Source of the DNA: Octopus sinensis
Lineage: Eukaryota
Direction of reading: 5' to 3'
NCBI RefSeq assembly: GCF_006345805.1
Contig: NC_043002.1
Coordinates: forward strand, 82,274,001 to 82,338,000
Length of the DNA: 64,000 nt
The first letter of the stretch is position 1. Each line of letters opens with the position of its first letter. The notes beneath the pieces were generated by a model. The model was not told where the DNA came from. It saw only the letters and a program-made list of their open reading frames with translations, and made no database searches. Below are positions 12,888 to 27,380 of this stretch, piece by piece. A program made the translations under genes and the position numbers.

Positions 12888-15284
12888 ATTTGGCTGACAT
12901 GAATCTCAATGCTCCTAATACATTGTAGCTTAGGCAGTCAGTCGTTGTTTCTGTCCAGGAGAACAGTTCTTGTTCGAGGCAGTGGAGAAACAGTTTTATG
13001 CCCTTACAAGCTTACATAGTCATTTAAAGAACAATTCTTCTCTTTTTATGCTCAATATTTTCCAAGTTTGGAGATACCCTGTGCCATCACGCAAGCCCTG
13101 CAAAACTGGCAAGATGTATTCCATCTAACTCAGTAAAAACTGGAAGCTAAAGGAAAAGTTTTCTTTTTCTTTGTCAAAACCCTAACAGCCATATTAACAT
13201 TTCATAAATTTACGTGTGTGTGTGTGTGTATATATATACACATCCACACATAATACATACACATGATAGATTTATTTCTAATATTGTTGATCTCTCCTTA
13301 ATTCTTTAGCATTTAAACTGGCCAGATCTAACATACACTATAATTTTAAATATCATACAATACCCTATAATGTCATTTTTAAAAATAAGCAATTACATCA
13401 AAATCTTGATATTACAAGATAATGCAAGATTAATTCAAAACAACATACATAAATAAGCATTACATTTGACGAGTAATTTGAATGCTAAAGGATTAAACAG
13501 TTGTCACAAATTCAAGATTAGCAAAAATATTTCAGCAGTACATTTCATTTTCTTCTCTTTCTCTTTCTCTCAAATTATAAACTGAGACTCCTGAAATATG
13601 AATGTGTTAATTAATATGAAACTTATCAACATCTCTCTCTCTCTTATTTCTAGTTATTAAATAATTTCAGTTGTTAGTTTTGTTGTTGTTGTTATAGTTT
13701 GTCTTCCTTCATCTGTCTCTTCTCGCCACCATACACACTCATTCAAATGCGTGCACGCACACGCACACACACACGCACACACACACACTGAAATTCTGTA
13801 ATTTAACCCTGATGCATTTAGTAAATCAATTTAGTTTTCATTTGTATCACCTTCATTCTTACTGGCAGTGGGGGAGAAAAAAAAATCTGCTTGATTGTTA
13901 ATGAGAGAGGGGTGTTTTCCTATGAGAGATATGCAGGGAGTAGGGAGAGGAGAGGGGAATAAAAAAAAAAAAAAGCCATCTTAGGGCTTAGCAAATTGTT
14001 CTAATCAGATAGGTTATTCTTTACTGGACAACAAATAAAGCCGCCCATGGAGGACACTGTCTAGTCAATGTCCACCACACTCAATTTAAACCCTACGTAA
14101 GAAAACACAAGCTTTCGTTTTCAGCTGATTCCTTCTTGTAGACATCTTCCATGACAGCTCCTTTTTAACAAGACCTCCTTCTTCTTCTTCACCACACTCC
14201 TCTGTTGTCATTATTGATATTTAAATGAAAAGTACAACAGTGGATGGATCAGGTATTGGACTTCTTTTGCTGTTCTGCTCTTGAGCTGAAAATTCATCAC
14301 ATACAGCTGAAGGTGTTGTATTGTAATTGTTAGGCAAGACTCCTTAATAAATCTGCTTGCCTTAGAGGTTCATGATTACTACTACTACTACTACTACATA
14401 CTGCTACAACAAAATAGCTAAAGAACTTCCGAAGCTTTTTTTTTTTTTTTTTTAAGTAATCTATGAAAAAATAAAGAAAAGGAGACCAAAAACTTGCAAA
14501 AAAAAATAACAAAGACACTTCCCCAAGATGCATTGTTTAATGTCACTAAACGAGCATCATTTTTTTTTTTTCATAGCAAACACAAAAAAAAAAATGGTTT
14601 TTTAAAATTTATTTATTTTTATTTATTTGCTGGAATGGTAGAAGAGTTGTGGAGAATTATTTCAGTAAGAAGAAGGCACCAACTAAAAATCTCCCTCCAC
14701 ACCTTCATACATTGTCTTTGAAGCTTCAACACTAAGCAATAACTGTTATGTTGTCAATATTCTCTTATCTCTTAGCTTTCTTTTTTATTCCCCCTCCTTT
14801 TTTTTTTTTTTTTTTTTTTTTTGATCTGTTGTATTTTTCTCAACTTCTACCTCTTCATCTTGGAGCTGATGAGGCTGTGGATTAATACAAAGAATGAATT
14901 TTTGTCTCACCTTCAAATGTGCTTTTTTTTTTGTCTGTCTGCTCTTCCTCATCCTTCTCTTTTTTAGCTTATATTGTTCTACCACATTTTCTGCTTTATA
15001 TCTATGTGTGGTGTGAAAACTATTGTCTATCTCCTCCTTTCACCTTCTTCCATATCAGATGAAATCTATCTATCCTGTGAGGAATTTTAGGCCACTAATT
15101 AATTTAAGAGACTAAATAGCTTCTATTTCAGATAAGCATAGGTATTCAAGGCCCAAGATATTATTAAGATATGCTATAATATTTGTGATGGGGTATTGAA
15201 CATGTCCTATATTTCAGAAATAATTTTAACTTGCCTTAATAAGAAAAAAATGACAATGATGGTGATGAAAATAATTGACAGTAA

Positions 15285-15567
15285 TCATCATCATCATCAT
15301 CGTTTAACGTCCGTTTTCCATGCTAGCATGGGTTGGACGGTTCAACTGGGGTCTGGGAAGCCAGAAGGCTGTGCCAGGCCCAGTCTGATCTGGCAGTGTT
15401 TCTACAGCTGGATGCCCTTCCTAACGCCAACCACTCTGTGAGTGTAGTGGGTGCTTTTTACGTGCCACCTGCACAGGTGCCAGACGATGCTGGCAAACGG
15501 CCACGATCGGATGGTGCTTTTTACGTGCCACCGGCACGGGGCCAGATGAGGCTGGCAACGGCCACAA
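15285..15567 (-). mobile_element. 5'-truncated RTE LINE 3'UTR with (GAT)n tail
   Basis: Homologous to the 3'UTR that follows the RTE ORF at 55010-55560 (AGGAAGGGCATCCAGCTGTAGAAAC...GTTAAACGATGATGAT). Confidence 0.85.
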
Positions 15568-16134
15568 TCTTCTTAGCAAATTTTTGCTCCACTGTTCTAA
15601 AATCAATGTTATATTCAAATGATAGTAATAATAATTCTAACTAAATAGATAATGCAAATCACAGCAATGAAAGTACCAATATGTCTAATCTGAATGATCT
15701 AATATTTAGCAACTTTGACCGTTTCCTTTTCTCCCTTGTTTCATAGCAACACTTTTCATATAAAATATTCATTCATCAACTCACTCTGATTCCATGAAAT
15801 TTTTAATCAAATCTCTGATCATTTCAATAAGTTTTAAACTTTTTTTTTTCTTTTAACGCACTAATCATTTTAAAGAGCTAATTATTTATTTAAATTCTTG
15901 TTTCAGTATTCCGATAAATGATTAGTGAATGGGAAAAATAAAAAACAAAAGAAAAATTATTTCTTCAAAATGAAAAAATAAATTAATAAACAAATAAATA
16001 AACATAATTATCTCCTATAATGTCTCATTGTAGTTCTGTCTCTTTCCAAGTTCATCTGATCTCAACCAGAGGAATGTGACTCAAACTGGACACAACTGGC
16101 CAATTATTATTATTGTTATTATTATTGTTATTAT

Positions 16135-16350
16135 GGCGGTGAGCTGGCAGAATCGTTAGCACGCTGGGTAAAATGCTTGGTGGCATTTCGTCTGTCTGCA
16201 TGTTCTGGGTTCAAATTCTGCTGAGGTCAACTTTACCTTTCATCCTTTCGAAGGTCGATAAATTAAGTACCAGTTGAACACTGGAGTTAATGACATCGAC
16301 TAGCACCCTCTCCCAAAATTCCTGGCCTTGTGCCAAAATTTGAAACCATT
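16135..16350 (+). mobile_element. tRNA-derived SINE family B (Meta-domain-like centre)
   Basis: GGCGGTGAGCTGGCAGAATCGTTAGC head, GGTTCAAATTC B-box, TTTCATCCTTTCG..GTCGATAAATTAAGTACC core and (ATT)n tail. The Meta assignment is from recalled similarity. Confidence 0.8.
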
Positions 16351-16358
16351 ATTATTAT

Positions 16359-16394
<36 letters not shown>

Positions 16395-18239
16395 TCCTAG
16401 CTATAGAGTGAACTCACAACAATAATTTTTTACGTGTCCTTCTTAGCAGATTTCTAACTCTACTGCTGTTCAACAATGAGTATTTTGGCTTCGCTTAAGA
16501 TTATTGCAAATAGCTGCATCACTCCACAATGCATTTTCCTAATTGTACACTTGTTGACCATTTTAGCCACATTCACACATTACATATGTATGTATGTATA
16601 AAAGTTAATGAAAATCTAAATCCATCCAAGTCCTTGGACAGTTAGCAATTAGAAAATGTGGTTTTATAGCTCATTTTCAATTTTGGAGGGTGACATGGAA
16701 TTATTTAACCAGTTCTTATGATTTGCAACATGAATTAGGAAATGAAATGGATTTTCCTGATTACTAAATAACATTTCCTCTTTAACTCATGAGAGATTTA
16801 ATCTTAGTTAAATAATGATATTACCCTGTAGAATTTGACTGTTGTGTAAGAAGTAAGAGTTATTGAATATACAGTTGCTGTATGGTAACTGATCACATGC
16901 CCCCATGTTATTACTATAGCCATTGTATCGTCTCCCTCTCTCTCTTGCTCTCTTTCAAATTAATCTGCATAACTCTATTTGCCTTACTTCAGCTGGTCGA
17001 TTATAAAATGATATCATCAATATTTCTAAGTTGCTTGAGATAGAAATAGAAGATATACATCGAAGAATGAAAGCAGTTGTTGGAATAATATTTAAATTTC
17101 CATATGTATAAAAGTTGAAAGACTTATTCCAGTTATAACACAATCCTATTATAACTGTTTTAACACTATCCTGTAGAAGATTGTGCTATAATAGCTGGTA
17201 CATTGCTGATTTTTTTAGTACTTAGAGTAACAGACCTGTACCAGATTACTTTTTCAATAGACTAACTGAGGTCATGTAATAATTCAGGGAAATTCCTTGA
17301 AGTCTGCTGCCATATTATTAATTACTCTTCCATTAACAAATCTTCATAACACACTCTTGTTAATTCACTAGGAACTTTATAAAAGTAGAAACACTCTCCC
17401 CAAGTTTGGCAGGTCCATGGGAAATTCAAGTGTTTGCTCATAGTTACATCAAGATTAAAAGAGGTACTGGACCATCAATTGCTAGGAAATCGGTGGATTA
17501 CAAAAAATTCTTATTAAGTCTCAGCTTCTGTTTGTGCGTAAATTCCTGATGATTAAGACCCACTCAAGAAACACATTATGACTACATATTATGTTTAGAT
17601 ATGATTGTCACTTCTTATATTGATTTAAAAAATACAAAACAAATCTTCAGTTTTGAGCCCATCTCAACTGAAAAAGAAAATCTTGCTGCAATTTTAGAAG
17701 ACATCATCTACTATTTCTTATGTATACTTCTTTATATATATATATATATACAGATCTCATTGCTCATCTCTTCATAGGAATAAATTAAGAGTTATTCTAT
17801 CTTCATGAATTTATATTTGTTTAATTTGTTGAGACCACTTAGCTGGCCAATGGGTATGGTAAATGCTAGTCCTATCGCATTGTTCACAGCCAAGACTATT
17901 CTCACTTGTTCAGTCTACCTAATAATGTACCATGAATTAATTATAGCTTCTTTTTGCAAACACTGTAATTAAGTAATGTTTCATGGGCTTAAAGTGCTAA
18001 GTCAAAACCCCCATGTTGTATTATTTAGCTAAGATAATCCTGTAGATATTTCAGTGACAGGGGTATCATAAATTTTTTGAATAGGTAATAATCCTAGCAG
18101 TTCAGGGTATTTATAAAATATGGTCTCATTTAATATTGCTAATTTACATTGATAATACAACCTGTTTGGATAAGGGAATTTAAAAGAAGTGATAATATTT
18201 TATTGTAAAATCATAGAAGTATTGAACAAAATGCCTTTG

Positions 18240-18950
18240 AGCATTTGTTCAGCTCTTTAGATCTTGAGTTCAAATTCTATCAAGGTCAGCTTTACCTTTC
18301 ATCCTCCCAGGGTTGATAAGATAAGGTACCGGTGAAGTACTGGGGTTGATAGAATCAACTAACTTCTCCCTTTCAAAATTGCTGGGCTTGTGCTTAAATT
18401 ATTATTATTAATATTATTGAGGTGGGTAAATGAAGAAGCTGACAGAAACATTAATTTGCTAGAAAAATTGCTCAGCAGTATTTTTTCTGACTTTACATTG
18501 TGAGTTAAAATTCCACCAAGGTCAACTTTGCTTTGCATCTTTTTGGAATTGATGAATAAGTACAAGTTGAGCAATGGGGTTCATGTGAGCAATTAGGCCC
18601 CCTCCCCACAAATTTCAGGCCTTGTGTCTATGGTAGAAAGGATTATCACTGATGCTGGTGTATTGGCTGAATGGTTAAAGAATGATTTTCTTACTACCAC
18701 AAATATTTGGTCCTGTGCTTATGTTAGGCATTATTATTATTATTATCATTAAGGGAGCGAGCTGGCAGAATTGTTAGCATGCTGGGCAAAATGCTTAGTA
18801 ACATTTTGTCCATCTTGATGTTCTGAGTTCAAATTCGCCTTTCATCCTTTCGGGGTCAATAAAAAAGAGTACTAGTTGAGCACTGGGATCATTGTAATCA
18901 ACTTAATCCCTCCCCCAAACTTGCTGGCCTTGTGCCAAAATTTGAAATCA
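18240..18950 (+). mobile_element. Three consecutive family B SINEs
   Basis: The core recurs at about 18290, 18530 and 18835. Confidence 0.75.
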
Positions 18951-20217
18951 TTGTTGTTAAGGCAGTGCACTGGGCTTAGTGGCATTTCATCCTGTCAGGG
19001 TTGATCAAAAGAGAGCCACACTTTCAAGCCATTATTATTGCTGTAATAATAGATCCTACTGTATTATACGGAAAAGTTCTCAGCAATGTCATATCCAGTT
19101 TTGAGTCTGAGTTAAAAGCATTCTTTGGAATGAAATAAATGAGACACTCTTTTTACTTCCTTTGCAAATATTTAACATGTCCTTATCGTCATGGTTACTG
19201 TTATTGTTAAAAACTTTAAAAGCAAAATATCCTATAGCCAAGTTTGTTTTAAAAAGTCAAAGTAGGAGTAGGTAGTGGTAATGGGTAAAATGTTTAGGAG
19301 TTATATTTAACCATCTTTCTGCCATTTGAGGTATTTTGATTTAAATTTGGTTAGAATAAGGGTAAAATAGCTGCTTCTATGACCCTTTCAAAGACAACCA
19401 CTATTATTTCTTTTTTGTCCACATGCCTCCCTATTTGATATTTTTCATGTAGTTTGTTTCAACACCCACTGGTAATTTTAATTATTAACTAGATCCAGTT
19501 ATAGATATTTTAGTTTTTGTTTAGTCTGTTCCTGAGTGGACATTGGAACAAGTCTAATAGAAGTGTCATTTCAAGTCCTATTATCGTTGTCCTTGAATAA
19601 GCAACTGATCTCTTTATGCCTTATGTCACCGTGAAACTGTAGAAGCAGCAAGTAGACCTGAACCTCACTGGTAATAAACAATTAGTTATAGGGTTTACAT
19701 CTTTCTCTCTTCTGTAATTTAAATTGAATAACTTCAGATGTAATCATTAGTTAAAAGTTATTATATGATCAATAAAATTTAGTTGGTTTTTAGCATTGGA
19801 AAACTTGATTTGTTGAGACTGCTTCAATATGGATTGAAAATTCTAAAATTTATTGTTTAAAAAATCTAATAATAGTAATAACATTTTTTTCTTTTAGTTG
19901 TACCAAGTCCTCTTTTGTCTTGTAGAGTTATTTTGAATTATTCTGTTGTTTAATACCAAATTTCTTTTCTGTCTTGTTTTCAATGTTGAATCAAAGCAAA
20001 ATCACTTTTCTTTTGGTCTTTATTGTTCCCTCTCAGGGAAGAAGAAAAAAAAAATTAAATTAAAAATCATAGAAAGGGAAAGAAAAACTTAACTTGGTCA
20101 AGTTCTTGGATTTTTGCTTTTTCTTTCTTGATTACAATTTCCATCCAAATATTGTATTAAAATCATGCTTGCATTATTATATCTTTTTGTTTCCCTAATA
20201 TCTAATAAATGTCAAAT

Positions 20218-20402
<185 letters not shown>

Positions 20403-23400
20403 GCGTGTGTTCACATACACCTGCCTGTGTCTTCAAAATGAATGCGTGACTACTTGTTAGCTACATTTCCTGTAACCTAAAGCTGGAAAAGGCGGGTGCA
20501 CTGTGGAACTGAATACAAATGAAAATTAAAGCCATCCTTATTGATTGAATGTGTGTGTATGTGAGGACGTTTACTGTATATTATGGTCTTTGTCTAATTA
20601 GTTAATTTATAGTTTGTGACTACAGCAAAAAACAAAAAAAAAAAAAAAGAATGCCAGAGTTATCTCCCCTTGCATCTAAATTCTGAGCTTGAAGATGTTT
20701 TTGGCATCGACCACAGCCATTTACTTCCAGGTTACGCTTCTATGTCAATAATAATTGTTATTTATTTATTATATTTTTCACTCATCCTTCACCACCAGCC
20801 TTTTTGTTGGCTTAATTCTGTATTTTCAAATCATAACATAACAAAAGCTTTCAGAATACAATATTATTAGTAACATTTCTCAAAAACAAAAACGTTGTCA
20901 AATTGTACATCCATCTTCTGCTGACTTACGAGTTGGAATACACTAATATATTTTATCATTGTTCTCTTTTCTTATCCCTCTTCCTTTCCATATTTAAAGG
21001 AAAGGTCAGCTATATACGGGTTATGGCTTGGCCGGCTGCTAGGAATTAAATGTTCTGTATTTTGAAAGAAAACGGAGAAAAGCAAAACAAAAAACGACAG
21101 AAATATTGTTCTATTATAACTACTTTCTTTCTAAAATAAAAATGGTTTCTTTATTGGGTATTCTAAGTGACAAGTAGTTTCACTTCCTAGCAATTGTTTC
21201 TGTGTCTAAAATTGTCAGACTGGCTCGAGAGGGATAGAATGCAAGTGTACATTAAAAAGAATGTTCTGCTCATTATAAATCTTTTTTGTCCCTACCATCA
21301 CCCACTACCCACCACCACCCCCACTTTTTTTCTCTTCTAAATTATGAAGAAAAAATAACAAAATACCCCTCATTTTTTTCTTTCCTCTCCACCCCCACCC
21401 TGCCATCAATCATCTGAACATGCAATGCCATAAATAAACATGGAAAGACAAAAAAATGTGACTCTCTTCAAAGTTGAGCTTCAGGAACTTAATTAATCAT
21501 GGAGAAACAATGCCTCTGTATACAATGATAAAGCATAAAAAAAAATCTCACTTTGTTGTTCTATTGTCTTTAATTCACACCTTCCACTTATTAACATTAT
21601 CTCAGCTTTCCCCCCTCCTCTTCTTCCAAAACCTACTTAAAATTTTTTTATAAAATAAAATTTCAAATTGCTTTCCTTTTATTTATTTTTTTTACTGCAT
21701 TATAAACACCACATTTTTTTTAATTTCATGTCCTAGTGTACTGTTGGTGCTAAATTATTAATGATTGTATTCTTGTTCTCTACTTATTCACTGCTAATAA
21801 TTATTATCATTATTATTATTATTATTATCTTTACCATAATTATTAATTTTAATATTTTTGTAACACATATCTTCTTCATAATCCTCATTTGTTCGTAGCT
21901 ATATTGGGTGCTGTAAACTACCATTGCACAGACAACAATAGATTCCATTTCCTACATTGATAAACAGAAAGAGTCATCTTTACAATTTTTTTTTTCTTTT
22001 GTTATTTATAAATAAAGGTTAAAGTGATGCATAGTAGTCTAATAGAAAACAGAGGGGAACCCCACCCACCAGAAAAAAAAATCTTCCTTTTCAGAACAAA
22101 CAATGACAAAAAAACTCAATCATCTCCATTTAACAATTCTAATTAATTTGTCACGTGTTATATATATCATATGACATCAAAATATATTTATGTTACTATT
22201 ATGTTATATCCAAGTGTGTATATTGCATGCACGAATAATTCTGTTGGTTTGCAGATTCTAAAAGTATTTTCCAGAGAAAACAATGTTTTAATTAAACTCA
22301 TTAAGTATTTAATTATTTTTGAAGTCCAGTTAGCTAAGAACATAGCAAGTCTATTTATAACCACAAATAATTTCTAAAATCTACCTCATGTAACTCTTAA
22401 TTCTAGTTTGTTTTTGTCTCATTTTCAATGTCAGCATGTAAAGTTGTTATATTTTCCCCAATAGTTTTAAAGTAAACAGATTGGAGATAATGCAGACAAC
22501 TCTTAGAATTGTATCTAGTCATTATGTTTTGCAAGATGTGAGACCTTTAAAACTCTACAACTAGACATCATTTATCTATTCTGTTCTGTAATGACGCCTC
22601 ATCTATCTTAAGTGTGGTGGTGTATCTGTACAGTTCTATAGCTAAGCTAAGTCAAGAATATTAACTGCTAATTCTAGTGTACCAAATGAAATTCAGTGGG
22701 AAGGGTAAGGTAATTTGAAGCAAATTTAAATAGTTGATACACAAAATATAAGATATAGAATATTTTGTCAAATTTATTCTGGAAGAATTTTCTTTTTAAC
22801 TTTGTTTAACAGCTAAAATTTATCTCGTAATTTGAATCATTATTCACACGTTTGAGAGAGAGTGTGTGAGTGTGTTTGTAATAATATATCATCGATATAC
22901 ATACACACTTGTATAAACATATATAATCATATATAAATATAACTAAAAATGTATAATGCTATCTATCCAATATCTTTCTTTGACAAGCAAAGAACTTCCA
23001 TGACATTTAATTTATTTCTGCTTAAGTATTAGCACTTTTTTTTTCTTAAATCCTAAAATTTAATCTTCTAGTTCTGTTGAATAAAGAAAAATCATTGAAA
23101 AATTAATTTACTTTCCTGGAAATTAGATTGCAACTTGTATCATGTGGGCTAATTGGTTGTTTTTGTAGCAATGGTATTTTTTAAAAAAGTCCTAATGAGA
23201 TCTACCTCAGTTCCCACACATACACACAGCTTCTTAGGAATGGAATGTGTTGCCCTTTCACCAATTTCTTATTTTCTGACTAATTAACTATGTTATTTGC
23301 TACTACAGTTCTACCACAGTGACTGTACAGTGATCATGCAGCTTTAGACAAATTGACAATAATATCTAGCAGCAAGCAAGTGCAAACTACAATGTAAAAT

Positions 23401-24019
23401 ACTAAAAAAAAAAACAGCTGATAACCAGACGAAGAGGCTTGGTGTAAACTTTGTCTTAGCTCTATCAATGGTTTAGATCGGGATGTGCCAGTTGTAGACA
23501 AAGTGTTTAGGATAGGGCAGAAGCTCCTTTACTGTATATAATAAACCAAAGTTCTTTTTGACTTGAGAGGAAAACAATTCAACACAGAAATGGGAGAGGT
23601 ACCAGCATCCACAGCAAGAAAAAAAAAAAAGGGAAAGTGTGAGAGAGTGAACAAAAAAAAATTTTAAAAAAAGGAAAAAGTAAAAAAAGTCTATGGCACC
23701 TAACTATTATAATAATAATAATAATAAATAAGGTTGGCTGGGTTGCCATATATGGTTCTGCAGAGAAGCTCTAGCAGAGAGAATCTGTTTACTTCTGTTA
23801 AAGATGTATCTCAAAGGTCCATCACATCCTCCCCATTCATCATTCCAGTTGTACCCTCTGCTGAATAAATCTTTCAAACATAATTTCAGTTATTTTTCTT
23901 CTTTTTTCCTTCCCATCTGTTTATAATTTATTTAATGATTTACTCTATTACAATGTCATTCTTTTTTCTGTATTAATATTTATATTATGCAGTTAAACTT
24001 ACTAGTATATGATGCCTTA

Positions 24020-24770
24020 ATAATAACAATTCTTTCTAATTTTGGCAGAAAACCTGGAATTTTGTAGGGAGGGGCTAGTCAATTACATTGATCCCCAATA
24101 TTCAACTGGTTCTTATTTTACTGTCTCTGAAAGGATGAAAGGCAAAATATTTGAATATGCCTGGCCCAGTAAGCTACCAGTTGTGCCAACTTAGCACCTT
24201 AATAATAATAATGATGAAGATATTTCTAATCTTGGAGCATGACAAAATTTTGCAGGAAGGAGTCACCCTCAGCAGAATTTGGACTCAAAATGTAATGGGT
24301 CTAAAGAACTACTACAATGCATTTTTTTAATACTCTACCAATTCTGCCAGCTTGCTTCCTTAATAATAAAAATTCTTTCTATGATAGGCACAAGACCTGA
24401 AATTTTGAGGGAAGGGAGAAAATTGATTACATTGATCCCAGTGTTCAACTGGTACCTATTTTATAGACCCTGGAAGGATGGAAGGCAAAGTTGATCTATG
24501 TTGGGTTTGAACTCAGGACATTAAGATTCAAAAGAAAAGCTGCTACATATATTGTCCAACTCACGATTCTACCAGCTCATTACCTTAATAATAAACATTA
24601 ATGATAATAATGGTTTCAAATTTTGTGGGTGGGGCAAGTCATTTACATCAACCCCAAAAAGATGAAAGGCTTTGGTGGAATTTGAACTCAAAATGTAAAG
24701 ACTGATGAAATGTCACTAGGCATTTTACCTGGTATGCTAACAATTCTGCCAGCACTCCAACTTAATAAAT
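24020..24770 (-). mobile_element. Family B SINE cluster (three copies)
   Basis: Repeated GGATGAAAGGCAAA...TTTGAACTC...TTCTGCCAGC segments. Confidence 0.75.
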
Positions 24771-24789
24771 ATTGATGATAAGCGCAATA

Positions 24790-25069
24790 TTTGTTTGTTC
24801 CTTCTTGAGCCATCCCTGGCTCCTAAGGGCTGGTTTCCTTGGTGTATAGGTTCCCTACCTGGACGGGACACCAGTCCGTCGCAGGTGAGCTGCAAGGTGC
24901 AGGAGAAAGTTGTGGCAAAAGAGTTGGCAAAAGTTTGCCATTACCTTCTGCCAGAGCCACATGGAGCTTAGGTGTTTCACTCGTAAACACATCACCCGGT
25001 CTGAAATTCAAACCCGCATTCCCTCAACTGCGAGTCCACTCTTCTAACCACTAGGCCATGTGCCTCCAC
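24790..25069 (-). mobile_element. tRNA-derived SINE with V-domain-like segment and (AAAC)n tail
   Basis: On the minus strand: A-box TGGCCTAGTGG, B-box-like GGTTTGAATT, and GACGGACTGGTGTCCCGTCCAGG resembling the V-SINE domain (recalled similarity). Confidence 0.7.
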
Positions 25070-25999
25070 AAGAGCAATAATAATCTGATATATTCATTTA
25101 AATGATGTATGAGAACAAACAACAAAATTTATTAAGAAAGAAACAATGCTTTCCTTGCTGCCCCTGCAAGTGTTGATGTTGACTTGGAATGCAATTTATT
25201 GAATGTCAATTTTTCACAGTTTTTTTAATGCAAATTTGCTTTCCCTCAAATTAATTTAACTCATTTTTAAGAACTTTATTGTTCTTTCTAATTATCGATA
25301 TAGCAACACAAACTTCTTTGTCAGAGAAACAAAAAGGCATAAATAAATAAAAGCACAGTACTGAGTTGAAGTAGATAACCATTTTCCATAATATTTTTGT
25401 CTTTGAATATCAGTTGTTTACATTGTCTCTTTCTTTTAAATGGAAATTTCAAATGTTGAATGGTATCAGGAATCATTGTGAATTCCTACATTATTTCTTC
25501 CAGCAGCATTTCTGATTGTTCTAAGGACAGTCTCAATGATATGTTGATATAAATACTATTACTATTTACCTTGGGCTATTTGTGGTTACTGTTTTGAAAA
25601 ATCAGCTTCCTCAATAGCATTGTGAAATATTTAACCTTCTGATAAGATTTTACTTGTTATTCAGTAGAGTAGGATATGAAATATTCAATACAAAGAGAAA
25701 AAAATTGATTTGTAGAAAAAGACAACTTCTTAGATTGATCAATATTGAATTTGCTTTAAAAAAAATCAGATTTTTTTTAATATGAAAAATCAGTTTTATT
25801 GAATGATTGTGTTAGTAAGGCAGCCATTTTTTTCCTTCAACCTTGAGTGAGTCTGAAACAAAAGCTGCAGTAGCAATGACCAGGACTGACCATATACAGA
25901 CTTCAGCTCTTTGTGCAAAATAATTATTGTAGTTGTTTCTAGCATAGGCCCTAGACATAAAATTTGGATGGGATTAATCGATACCATGAATTCCTATAC

Positions 26000-27380
26000 T
26001 GCTACTTTATGTTATCGACCCCAATAAAAGATGACCTCAGTACGATTTGAACTCGGAGTGTAAAAAACTGTCAAGATATTTTTTGTCCAATGCTCTAATG
26101 ATTTTGCAAATACACCATCCTCAATAATAATTCTTAATTTAGGTACAAGACTAGCAATTTTGAGGGAATGAGGCTAGTTGACCTCAACAGGAATTGAACT
26201 CAGAAAATAGAGAGATGTATTTAAATACTGTCTGGCATTTTATCTAGTACAATGTTTCTCAACCATTTTTTTTTACCTATGGACCTCTGATTTCTCTTTT
26301 ATTCAGATGGATCCTCCTAGCTATTCAATGTTGAAAAAGATCATGTTTTTATAATGACATATTAGGAATTGTATTAAAAAATTGTTGAAATATTTTGTGT
26401 ATTGTACAAGTATAACAATTTATTGCATATAGATTTTAACAAAATCTTATATGGACCCCAGTTGATTCTATCTATCCATCAGCCTTTGTCAAATCCAAAA
26501 GGATGAACATCAAAGTTGATCATGGCAGTATTTGAATTCAATGTAGATAGCTGGAAGAAATACATCGTAAACATTTTGTTCAATATGCAAATGATTCTGC
26601 TACCTCACTGTCTTAGAAGAATATGATGACGACGATGATGATTTAAGCACAAGCCCAACAGATTTCAAGGGAGGGCAATATTTAATTATATCAGCCCCAA
26701 TACTTGACTGGTACTTTATGATAATGACCCTGAAAAGATAAAAGGTAAATTTGATCTTGGCAGGATTAGAAACCAGAATGTAAAGAGCAAATACTACTGA
26801 GTGTTTTGACCAGCACTCTAACAATTCCACCAATTCATCTTTCTACTGTAGGTACAAACAAGGCCAACAGTTTTAAGGGAAAGGAGTTAGTTTATTACAT
26901 CAACCTCATTTCATCTCCAAAAGGATGAAATGCTTTGGAGGAAATAAATTCAGAATGTAAAGACCCAAAATAGTAATCCTTTCTACAATAGGCACAAGGC
27001 CAGAAATTTGGGGGGAGGCGGCCAGTTGATTAGATCGACTCCAGTACGTAACTGGTTCTTAGTTTATCAAATCCAAAAGGATGAAAGGTAAAGTCAACCT
27101 CGACGGAATTTGAACTCAGAATGAAGCAATGGGCAAAATACCAAGCATTTCATCCAGCATGCTAATGATTCTGCCAGCTTACCGCCTTTATAGAGCCAGA
27201 ATAATAATGGTTTCAAATTTCGGCACAAGGCCACCAATTTTGGGGGAGGGCTTAGTCAATTACATAGCTCCTGTGTTCAAATGGTTTTTATTTTATCCCC
27301 AAAAAGGATGAAAGGCAAAGTCAGCCTTGGCAGAATTTGAACTCAGAACATGCTAATGATTCAGCCAGTTCACCTCCATC
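26000..27380 (-). mobile_element. Family B SINE chain (about 7 full or partial copies)
   Basis: Core repeats at about 26030, 26190, 26500, 26740, 26920, 27080 and 27305, all in the same orientation. Confidence 0.75.
26250..26460 (+). mobile_element. One-ended hAT-like MITE
   Basis: Starts CAATGTTTCTCAACC. Homologous in reverse to 47314-47530, which ends GGTTGAGAAACACTG. Confidence 0.6.

Noticed and set aside
14034-14046. GCCGCC helper-like site next to AATAAAG
   Set aside because: The neighbour is not a TCF consensus (TCAAAG needed), and it is a single occurrence.
14866-14872. CTGATGA as a hammerhead core or C box
   Set aside because: No downstream stem II plus GAAA and no convincing box D or terminal stem.
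16135-16220. tRNA genes
   Set aside because: A/B-box sequences are SINE heads followed by SINE bodies, and I found no complete cloverleaf.
23746-23755. Perfect CArG box CCATATATGG
   Set aside because: Single site. Several are expected by chance in 64 kb of AT-rich DNA.
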